Source: Prevotella sp. P5-108 (GTDB taxonomy: Bacteria > Bacteroidota > Bacteroidia > Bacteroidales > Paludibacteraceae). Taken from it: a stretch of DNA of 42,018 bases. The stretch covers positions 1-42,018 of the forward strand of contig CAVHKB010000001.1 in assembly GCA_963636305.1 (NCBI GenBank), given 5' to 3'. The translations under genes were made by a program, and so were the position numbers. The first letter of the stretch is position 1. Each line of letters opens with the position of its first letter. This document shows positions 24,611 to 32,257 of this stretch, in pieces. The notes beneath the pieces are model-generated. The model did no database searches. It had not been told where the DNA came from and was given only the letters and a program-made list of their open reading frames with translations.

Positions 24611-26593
24611 TTACAAAATATGATACTGCACAAAGGCCTCTATCGCCTCATAATTGGCTAAACCCAACTGTGCATACAACTCCGCTGTGGCATGATTCCG
24701 GTCCTCTGCACGCTGCCAGAACAAACGCTCATCATTCCCCATAAACGGCGCTGACTCCATCTGACTCTGATGTTTCAATATCGTATTACGCTTGAAACGC
24801 AACTCTTCAGGCGACATCGGAACTGCCATCTCTATCAAATCCACCTCCCATTCCATCCAAGCACCTCTGTACATCCAAATGCGGCACTTCTGCAACCATT
24901 TCTCTTTGTCCTTCAGTTCGTCTATCGCAGCCAACACTGCGTCCAAACATACCTTGTGCGTACCATGCGGGTCCGCTAAGTCACCGGCAACAAACATCTC
25001 GTCTGGCTTTATCTCTACCAATAGACGCTTCACAATATCAATGTCCTTTTGCGACAAATCACCCTTCTTTATCGTCCCCGTCTCATAGAACGGCAGATTC
25101 AAAAAGTGTATGTGAGAGGTCGGCAATCCCATATGACGGCATGCCGCTGTCGCTTCACCCCTTCGGATAAGTGCCTTGATATCCAATATCTCACGAGTAT
25201 CTCTGTCGTCCTTTTTCTCGTTGAACAAGTAATGAGTGTACTCGTTATACTTCTCCTCAATCACCTTGTCCTCCGGGCTGTGCATCTGACCGAAACCGCG
25301 CATGAAGTCCATAAAACGAACCACCTCGTCATCACACACCGCAATACAACCGCTCGTCTCGTAGGCTATATGCACATCATGACCTTGCTTAATCAAACGG
25401 GCAAATGTGCCACCCATCGAAATCACATCATCATCCGGATGCGGCGAAAATATCAACACTTTCTTTGGATATGGCTTTGCACGCTCAGGACGGTTACTGT
25501 CGTCCGCGTTGGGCTTACCACCCGGCCAACCTGTAATCGTGTGCTGCAAATCGTTGAAGATTTTTATGTTGCAGTTATAAGCCGAACCATAAATAGTTAT
25601 CAACTCGCTCAAACCGTTCTCGTTGTAGTCTTTGTTCGTCAGTTTCAGTATAGGCTTGCCCGTTTGCTGGCACAACCATACTATGGCACGCCGTGTCAAC
25701 TGGTCGTCCCACTCGCAAGAGGTCAACAACCACGGACACTTTAGTCTTGTCAACTGACCCGCTGCCGATAAGTCCAACACTACCTCCGCATTCGAATGTA
25801 ACTGCAAAGCAGAGGCAGGACACGACGGGTTACACTGCTTCTCCACTGCCGCACGAATCTGTGCCGACTTGTGTTCTCCCCAAGCAACCATAACTACCCG
25901 CTTCGCCCGAAGTATAGTACCCAAACCCATCGTTATGGCACACATCGGCACCTGCTCAACCGAACCGAACAGATTGGCGGCATCATTCTTCGATACATTG
26001 TCCAACACCACCAAACGGGTCGGACTGTTAAACTGCGTACCAGGTTCGTTGAAACCGATATTGCCGCCGCGACCGATTCCCAACAACTGAAAATCAACTC
26101 CGCCCATATCTTGCAACTTCTGCTCATAATCCATACAAGCATTCAGTATATTGCTCTTCTCCTGCGTGCCGTCTATCGTGAACACATTCTCTGCCTGAAT
26201 GTCAACCTGGTCCAACAACTGCTCTTTCAACTGACCAAAACAACCCTGCAGATTGTCTGTCAACGGGTAGTATTCAAACAGGTTGAATATAACCACATTC
26301 CTGAAACTCAGCCCCTCCTCCTTATGCAAACGCACCAATTCTTCGAACACATCAGTCATGCTCCTGCCTGCAACAAGCGACAAGATGGCAAACGAATGTT
26401 TCTTCTGCTTCGCCAGAATAACTTCCGCTATCTGACGCGCTACATACTTCGCACCTTCCTGTGCACTCGAACAAATATGCGTGTGGAGAAGTTCAAAACG
26501 GGTCAAACGCGACAACTCAAATACATCGTCCGTTTGGTAAAGTTTCTTCGCTATGTGAGTCAGCGAAATCTGTGAACTTAAATTAGTTCTCAT
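24611..26593 (-). CDS. Fusion protein: NagB-like sugar-phosphate deaminase/isomerase-fold domain plus PIG-L/LmbE-family deacetylase domain
   Basis: Start at ATG 26593 (MRTNLSSQ). NagB-like blocks are VVIFNLFEYYP and LGIGRGGNIGFNEPG. LmbE motifs are IFSPHPDDDVISMGG (HPDDD at 25427-25441) and DPHGTH. TACCTTTG -7 box at 26671-26678. Confidence 0.75.
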   Translation of the reverse strand: MRTNLSSQISLTHIAKKLYQTDDVFELSRLTRFELLHTHICSSAQEGAKYVARQIAEVILAKQKKHSFAILSLVAGRSMTDVFEELVRLHKEEGLSFRNVVIFNLFEYYPLTDNLQGCFGQLKEQLLDQVDIQAENVFTIDGTQEKSNILNACMDYEQKLQDMGGVDFQLLGIGRGGNIGFNEPGTQFNSPTRLVVLDNVSKNDAANLFGSVEQVPMCAITMGLGTILRAKRVVMVAWGEHKSAQIRAAVEKQCNPSCPASALQLHSNAEVVLDLSAAGQLTRLKCPWLLTSCEWDDQLTRRAIVWLCQQTGKPILKLTNKDYNENGLSELITIYGSAYNCNIKIFNDLQHTITGWPGGKPNADDSNRPERAKPYPKKVLIFSPHPDDDVISMGGTFARLIKQGHDVHIAYETSGCIAVCDDEVVRFMDFMRGFGQMHSPEDKVIEEKYNEYTHYLFNEKKDDRDTREILDIKALIRRGEATAACRHMGLPTSHIHFLNLPFYETGTIKKGDLSQKDIDIVKRLLVEIKPDEMFVAGDLADPHGTHKVCLDAVLAAIDELKDKEKWLQKCRIWMYRGAWMEWEVDLIEMAVPMSPEELRFKRNTILKHQSQMESAPFMGNDERLFWQRAEDRNHATAELYAQLGLANYEAIEAFVQYHIL

Positions 26594-26670
26594 AATGTTG
26601 TGATTAGTTGGTATTATAGGGTTAACAGATGTGGTACTGCCCTCGAAAAGGCTTGCACCGTTCTGCGCTG

Positions 26671-26678
26671 CAAAGGTA
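26671..26678 (-). promoter_or_regulatory. -7 element TACCTTTG (minus strand) for the NagB-like/GT2/SpoIID-like operon
   Basis: The reverse complement of CAAAGGTA matches TAnnTTTG, 78 nt upstream of start 26593. Confidence 0.55.
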
Positions 26679-26845
26679 AACATTCTTACAATCCCCACCA
26701 AATTTTATTGCATAAATCCACGCTCGTGCCTCCTGCTTCTTTCAATCGGAATTCCACCAACCCGCCTTCCCCCTCTTCCCTCCCCGTCCGCTCCCTCTCA
26801 CTGCGCTTTTTTTGTCGTATTTGTATCGAGGTTTTCCCGTACCGT

Positions 26846-26889
26846 AACCGAAGCATAACCGAAGCATAACCGAAGCATAACCGAAGCAT
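26846..26889. repeat. Perfect 11-bp tandem repeat AACCGAAGCAT x4
   Basis: Read directly at 26846-56, 26857-67, 26868-78 and 26879-89. Confidence 0.95.
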
Positions 26890-26907
26890 TAGCGCAAAAC
26901 AACCACT

Positions 26908-26940
26908 CCAAAAACATTCCAATAACACGCCAATAACAAT
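26908..26940. repeat. Three 11-bp units CCAAAAACATT CCAATAACACG CCAATAACAAT
   Basis: Read directly. It lies 19 nt downstream of the AACCGAAGCAT array in the same intergenic region. Confidence 0.8.
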
Positions 26941-27098
26941 CCGCTGACCTATCTTCTGCGCACCGCTATGCAAGCGTGGTCGCAAAGGGGGAATGTCCCC
27001 AATCTCTTGATTCCCTTCGGTTTCCTGTCCCAATTCGTTTTATCGCCATTTCCCATTGCAATTTTTAGCCAAATGTTGTGCTGTTTCCAAAATCTTTG

Positions 27099-27106
27099 TA
27101 CCTTTG
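27099..27106 (+). promoter_or_regulatory. -7 element TACCTTTG for the kinase-murQ operon
   Basis: Exact TAnnTTTG match 63 nt upstream of ATG 27169. It overlaps the small palindrome CTTTGC-C-GCAAAG (27102-27114). Confidence 0.55.
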
Positions 27107-27168
27107 CCGCAAAGTATTGCCTGCAAGGGCAAGATAAATGGTGAACACATAATTATAATAGAAATACC

Positions 27169-28026
27169 ATGATTTTAATCGCTGACAGTGGTTCTACCAA
27201 AACCACATGGACACTCATGGCTGCTAACAGCCAAACTTCCGAGTTCTCAATGGACGGTATCAATCCTTTCTACCAGACTTCCGACGCCATTAAGAACTCT
27301 ATCGTCACACAACTCCTTCCCCAACTCTCCCACCTACTCTGGGCGGGGACTATAACTGACATCTATTTCTATGGTGCAGGATGTACACCCGAGAAAACCA
27401 AATTTGTCATATCTGCACTCGAAGGCTCGTTCAAAACTGCCAAAGCCCATGTCGAAAGTGATATGGTCGGTGCAGCAAGAGGACTGCTCGGGCGGACGCA
27501 AGGTATCGCCTGCATTCTTGGTACAGGCTCCAACTCCTGCCTCTACGACGGAGAAAAAATCATCAAGAATGTACCCGCACTCGGCTTTATTCTCGGCGAC
27601 GAAGGCAGCGGTGCTGTACTTGGCAAACGCCTCGTGGCAGATGTACTCAAAAATCAGTTGCCCGAACATATCAAAAACAAATTTCTTCAGCAATACAACC
27701 TCACGCAGGCGGAAATCATAGAGAATGTCTATCGCAAACCTTTCCCCAACCGATACCTCGCCTCTCTTTCCAAGTTCGCTGCCGAAAACATACAGGAAGA
27801 ATCCATCTACAACCTCGTTTACGAGCATTTCCGTCAGTTCGTCATCCGTAACCTCAAGCAGTATCCTTCTCTGCCCGTCGGATTTATCGGCTCCATTGCT
27901 TACTACTATGCCGATGTTCTCCGCAAGGTCATGAACGACAACAATATGCAAGTCGCACAAATACTCCAGTCGCCCATGCCAGGACTCGTGAAGTATCATG
28001 CACAAGATGCCAAACCGACTAACTGA
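27169..28026 (+). CDS. BadF/BadG/BcrA/BcrD-type ASKHA sugar kinase (GlcNAc / MurNAc kinase, MurK-like)
   Basis: 285 aa with MILIADSGSTKTTW (phosphate-1), ILGTGSNS (phosphate-2) and ILGDEGSGAVLG (adenosine motif). It sits directly upstream of murQ. Confidence 0.7.
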   Translation: MILIADSGSTKTTWTLMAANSQTSEFSMDGINPFYQTSDAIKNSIVTQLLPQLSHLLWAGTITDIYFYGAGCTPEKTKFVISALEGSFKTAKAHVESDMVGAARGLLGRTQGIACILGTGSNSCLYDGEKIIKNVPALGFILGDEGSGAVLGKRLVADVLKNQLPEHIKNKFLQQYNLTQAEIIENVYRKPFPNRYLASLSKFAAENIQEESIYNLVYEHFRQFVIRNLKQYPSLPVGFIGSIAYYYADVLRKVMNDNNMQVAQILQSPMPGLVKYHAQDAKPTN

Positions 28027-28033
28027 TAACGAT

Positions 28034-28852
28034 ATGTTTGCAAAAATAACCGAACAGCCCTCCCTACACGATAACCTCGACCAGAAATCTGTACACGAAC
28101 TATTGGTCGAAATGAACGAAGAGGACAAAAAAGTACCTCTCGCCGTCGAGAAAGCAATACCGCAGATAACCAAACTCGTCGAACAAATCGTACCACGAAT
28201 GAAACAGGGAGGACGAATCTTCTACCTTGGAGCAGGCACTTCAGGACGACTCGGCGTACTCGACGCAAGCGAAATACCACCTACCTTCGGTATGCCTCCT
28301 TCACTCGTCGTAGGACTCATCGCCGGTGGTGACACCGCCCTCCGTAATCCCGTCGAGAAAGCCGAAGACGACCTCGAAAGAGGATGGCAGGACCTCCAGA
28401 AATACAACATCAATTCCTCCGACATTCTCATCGGTATCGCCGCTTCAGGCACAACGCCCTATGTCATAGGCGCACTCCGACACGCACGCGAACAGGGAAT
28501 ACTCACCGCTTCTGTCTCCTGCAATCCCGACTCGCCCGTCGCAGCCGAAGCCGACATACCTATCGAGGCAATAGTAGGTCCCGAATTCGTTACAGGTAGC
28601 ACACGGCTCAAATCCGGCACCGCACAAAAACTCATCTGCAACATGATAACCACCACTACCATGATACAACTCGGACGAGTCAAAGGCAATCGGATGGTCA
28701 ATATGCAACTGACCAACAAGAAACTTGTCGACAGAGGAACCCGTATGCTCGTCGACGAACTCGGCATCGACTACGAACAGGCAAAGCATCTCCTGCTCAT
28801 TCACGGCTCTGTCAAAGACGCACTCGACGCCTGGCAACAACAGAAAAATTAA
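28034..28852 (+). CDS. murQ: N-acetylmuramic acid 6-phosphate etherase
   Basis: SIS-domain protein with YLGAGTSGRLGVLDASEIPPTFG, GIAASGTTPYV and the TGSTRLKSGTAQK blocks typical of MurQ. Start chosen at ATG 28034, 8 nt after the kinase stop. Confidence 0.85.
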   Translation: MFAKITEQPSLHDNLDQKSVHELLVEMNEEDKKVPLAVEKAIPQITKLVEQIVPRMKQGGRIFYLGAGTSGRLGVLDASEIPPTFGMPPSLVVGLIAGGDTALRNPVEKAEDDLERGWQDLQKYNINSSDILIGIAASGTTPYVIGALRHAREQGILTASVSCNPDSPVAAEADIPIEAIVGPEFVTGSTRLKSGTAQKLICNMITTTTMIQLGRVKGNRMVNMQLTNKKLVDRGTRMLVDELGIDYEQAKHLLLIHGSVKDALDAWQQQKN

Positions 28853-28889
28853 AATAAACAAACACCGAAAATACTATTATAGCCCGAAA

Positions 28890-28907
28890 ATATGTTGTAA
28901 AACATAT
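28890..28907. promoter_or_regulatory. Inverted repeat ATATGTT-GTAA-AACATAT, candidate operator upstream of the SusC promoter
   Basis: Perfect 7-bp arms with a 4-bp spacer, 33 nt upstream of the -7 box. No T-tract follows, so it is unlikely to be a terminator. Confidence 0.3.
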
Positions 28908-28939
28908 AATGATGGGGTATAATTCTCGTAAAATTGTAT

Positions 28940-28947
28940 TACCTTTG
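28940..28947 (+). promoter_or_regulatory. -7 element TACCTTTG for the SusC/SusD locus
   Basis: Exact TAnnTTTG match 72 nt upstream of ATG 29019. Confidence 0.55.
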
Positions 28948-29018
28948 CGACGAACTTTTTGGCAACCTTATGCGCTGTATAAGTAATCGCCTTAAGTTCT
29001 TTCAATTAACAAACCGTA

Positions 29019-32000
29019 ATGCGCATGAAAAAAACATTGCTCTTACTTGCTTGTGTTGCTTCAACCCTCTTCGCTTGGGCTGACATCACTGTTACAGGCA
29101 TAGTAACTTCCAAAGACGACGGACAACCCGTCATCGGGGCTACCGTCCTCGAAAAAGGAACTACCAATGGTACAATAACCGACTTCGACGGAAACTACCA
29201 ACTCAAAGTCGCCGACAAGGCTACACTCGTAGTCAGTTATGTCGGCATGAAAACACAAGAGGTCAAGGTTACAGGCATGAAGCATAATGTCGCACTCGCT
29301 ACAGAAGCCATCGCTATGGAAGAAGTAGTCGTCACCGCTATGGGCGTCGTACAAGAGAAAAAGCGAATGAATTTCGCAGTGCAGAATGTAACCTCCGAAT
29401 CTATCACCGCAAGCAAATCTGCTAACTTCGTCAACTCTCTGCAAGGGCAAATAGCAGGCGTCACTGTCACTAACTCAAGCAGTTCTCCTAACGCCGGCTC
29501 ACAAATCATCGTACGAGGCATATCCTCCATCAATACTGCCCAATCCAACGAACCTTTGTTCATCATGGATGGGGTCCCCTTAAGTGGAGGCGCATCTTCT
29601 GCTGCCGACATCAACCCTAACGACATCGAGAATGTAACCGTCCTCAAGGGTGCTGCGGCTTCTGCACTATACGGACAAGATGCTGCCAACGGCGTCATTA
29701 TGATTACAACCAAACGCGCACAAGCAGGTAAAATATCGGTCGCCGCTAATGCAAGTTGGCAGTTCGATACTCCCTACCGACTGCCAAATATTCAAAAAAG
29801 TTATATACCAGGCTCACAAGGTATCTATGTCGATAAAGCACAGGGAGGATGGGGTCCGTTGCTTAATCCTGGAGAGCAGATATATGATAACCTCCATAAC
29901 TTCTTCAACACAGGCTTCTATCACAAATACGATGTCAGCGTAACCGGCGGTACCGAGAAGTTCCAGGCTTATGCCTCCGCAAACTGGTCCAAAAACGACG
30001 GTATCATACCCAACGACTATAAGCAACGCTTTGGTGGACTCGTAAAAGCAACCTACAGCCCCGCTAAATGGGTCACCATCAATGCTTCTATCAATGTCAT
30101 GCAAAGCGACTCCCGCTCCACCTCCGCCGATGCAATCACAGGCACTTCAGCAATGAGCAGCCTCTATGGATGGTCAAATACAGATGATATAACCGACTAT
30201 CAACTCTCCACTGGATATCCGCGCTATATCTACTACAACGACTCCAAAAAATACAACTCCACCTATAGCCCGCTCTACGGTATCTACAACGACGGCGGAC
30301 AATCCACCTCCCTGCGTAATGTCATGAACGCTTCCGTCACATTCAAACCTGTCAAAGGGCTTGAAATCGTAGGACGCGTAGGTTACGACACCAGCAGTTC
30401 CACCTCCGAGACCTATGGGGTACCCCGTTGGGACGACTCCTATGTAACACAGTCCTATACCAAACCTACCGAACCATCAGATCCCGGCTCCACTGCTACA
30501 GCGGAAGAAAAAGCCGCCTACCAGGAGGCACTCAAAGAGTACAATACCAACCTCGCTCTCTACAACTCCTACCAGGACTATCTCAACGGCGCATATCAAA
30601 CCGACCCCTATCTCACAACCAACGACATCGCCAACATGGACAAAGCCAAACTCGGCAAGTATTCCTCCTCTGCCGGACGAAGCCAACTGCTTACTGCAGG
30701 CTTCATGGCAACTTACCGCTTGGACCTTCCAAAGGACTTCGGTATGGACTTCATGGCAGGTGGCGAGTTGAAGGCATCTAAGGGCTTCTCTATGACCAAC
30801 AGCGGTGTCGATTTCGTCATACCAGGTGTTTACTCCCTCTCCAATACTAACCCCAACGAGGTATATCTCACCGACCGTACACTCACACACTCGCAACGAC
30901 GCACCTTCGGCTACTACTACGAAGTTCGAGCCGACTACAAAGGACTTGCTTCGCTCTCTGTAACAGGACGATGGGACTGGTCCTCCACACTCAAGACTTC
31001 CCCCTACTTCTATCCGTCCGTAACAGCAGGTATCGTATTCTCTGAACTCATACCCGGACTCAATGAGACGAAAAACAACTGGTTCTCCTACGGTAAACTG
31101 CGGGGCAACTATGCAGTCGTAGGTAAAGATGCGCCAATCTATCTATTCGACCGACGCTACAAACAGTTCGCTAACTATCCCGACAACGGCTATGGTATCG
31201 ACCCTACACGCTCTTCGGCATCTGCCGATTTGCAGCCCGAAATGTCCTACTCATGGGAAATAGGTCTCGACCTCCGTTTCTTCGATAACCGTACACGCCT
31301 CGACATGGCATACTATTCCACCAAAGTCGATAACCAAATCGTAACCGTACGCGTCTCACCTGCCTCAGGCTATATCTTGCAAACCCGTAACGAAGGTGCC
31401 ATCCGTAATCAAGGTATGGAACTCACTTTGGAACAAGACATCATTCGCCGTAAGAATGTAAAGTGGACAGCAGCACTCAACTTCGGACTCAATCGCGGCA
31501 AGGTGGTCAGCCTGCCCGAGAATGTATCCGAGATAACGGGTCCCCAATACACCGACATCTTTACATCGGCTTACCTCGGTGGGTCCACCACAGGTCTTAC
31601 CGGTAAAGACTATCTGCGTACCGACGATGGCAGAATAATCTGCGATAGCGAAGGCTACCCGCAAATCAACCCCAACAAGAACCTCTATATCGGTAACCGC
31701 GAGGCGAAATTCTCTGCAGGTCTCCGTAGTACCCTCGATGTTTATGGCGTACAACTCTCTTTCTTGTTCGACGGACGGTTGGGAGGCGATGTGGTCAACA
31801 TAACGGGACGCTCCCTCATCTCTAACGGACAATCGGCTATGCTCGAGAAATATCGTGGACGGCAAGTTGTGTTCGATGGCGTCGTCGACGATGGCAATGG
31901 CAACTATGTTCCCAACACCAAGCCTATCACGCTCGACTATACCACCATCACCAACTATTTCTACAATGTGTCCTCCAACTTCATCGAAGATGGCTCCTAC

Positions 32001-32243
32001 ATACGGCTTAGTTACGTTACCGTAGGATACGATTTCGCACAACTCATGAAGTCGCAGAAAGTACTCAAAGGACTGAACCTCTCTTTCACGGCAAACAACC
32101 TTTTTGTACTCACTAAGTACACGGGAACCGACCCGCTCTGTAATGCGTCCACCTCTGGTGGCGGTACAGGCTCTGCAGGCGTCGATAACTATCCCGTGCC
32201 TTCCACAAGAAGTTATAATATATCCCTTAATGTTAAATTCTAA
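29019..32243 (+). CDS. SusC/RagA-family TonB-dependent outer-membrane transporter
   Basis: 1074 aa. Signal peptide, carboxypeptidase-regulatory-like domain (ITVTGIVTSKDDGQPVIGATV...DFDGNYQLKV), plug (NVTVLKGAAASALYGQDAANGVIMITTKR), and a C-terminal beta-barrel ending in F. There is no N-terminal STN signalling domain. ATG 29025 is an alternative start. Confidence 0.9.
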   Translation: MRMKKTLLLLACVASTLFAWADITVTGIVTSKDDGQPVIGATVLEKGTTNGTITDFDGNYQLKVADKATLVVSYVGMKTQEVKVTGMKHNVALATEAIAMEEVVVTAMGVVQEKKRMNFAVQNVTSESITASKSANFVNSLQGQIAGVTVTNSSSSPNAGSQIIVRGISSINTAQSNEPLFIMDGVPLSGGASSAADINPNDIENVTVLKGAAASALYGQDAANGVIMITTKRAQAGKISVAANASWQFDTPYRLPNIQKSYIPGSQGIYVDKAQGGWGPLLNPGEQIYDNLHNFFNTGFYHKYDVSVTGGTEKFQAYASANWSKNDGIIPNDYKQRFGGLVKATYSPAKWVTINASINVMQSDSRSTSADAITGTSAMSSLYGWSNTDDITDYQLSTGYPRYIYYNDSKKYNSTYSPLYGIYNDGGQSTSLRNVMNASVTFKPVKGLEIVGRVGYDTSSSTSETYGVPRWDDSYVTQSYTKPTEPSDPGSTATAEEKAAYQEALKEYNTNLALYNSYQDYLNGAYQTDPYLTTNDIANMDKAKLGKYSSSAGRSQLLTAGFMATYRLDLPKDFGMDFMAGGELKASKGFSMTNSGVDFVIPGVYSLSNTNPNEVYLTDRTLTHSQRRTFGYYYEVRADYKGLASLSVTGRWDWSSTLKTSPYFYPSVTAGIVFSELIPGLNETKNNWFSYGKLRGNYAVVGKDAPIYLFDRRYKQFANYPDNGYGIDPTRSSASADLQPEMSYSWEIGLDLRFFDNRTRLDMAYYSTKVDNQIVTVRVSPASGYILQTRNEGAIRNQGMELTLEQDIIRRKNVKWTAALNFGLNRGKVVSLPENVSEITGPQYTDIFTSAYLGGSTTGLTGKDYLRTDDGRIICDSEGYPQINPNKNLYIGNREAKFSAGLRSTLDVYGVQLSFLFDGRLGGDVVNITGRSLISNGQSAMLEKYRGRQVVFDGVVDDGNGNYVPNTKPITLDYTTITNYFYNVSSNFIEDGSYIRLSYVTVGYDFAQLMKSQKVLKGLNLSFTANNLFVLTKYTGTDPLCNASTSGGGTGSAGVDNYPVPSTRSYNISLNVKF

Positions 32244-32257
32244 TTCCGTTGCGCTAT

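Noticed and set aside
26686-27033. 115-aa minus-strand ORF in the divergent intergenic region
   Set aside because: It is read straight through the AACCGAAGCAT and CCAATAACA tandem arrays, giving a repetitive MLRLCFGYASVMLRLRYG sequence, and through C/T-rich filler. It starts at TTG, has no promoter box, and overlaps the promoter of the NagB-like operon. It is most likely a repeat-generated artefact.
28948-29018. Riboswitch or other structured leader upstream of SusC, and likewise upstream of nadE, pnuC and panB
   Set aside because: The leaders are short (about 20-70 nt). I could not recognise conserved cores of cobalamin, TPP, NAD or other riboswitch classes, or convincing multi-stem structures.
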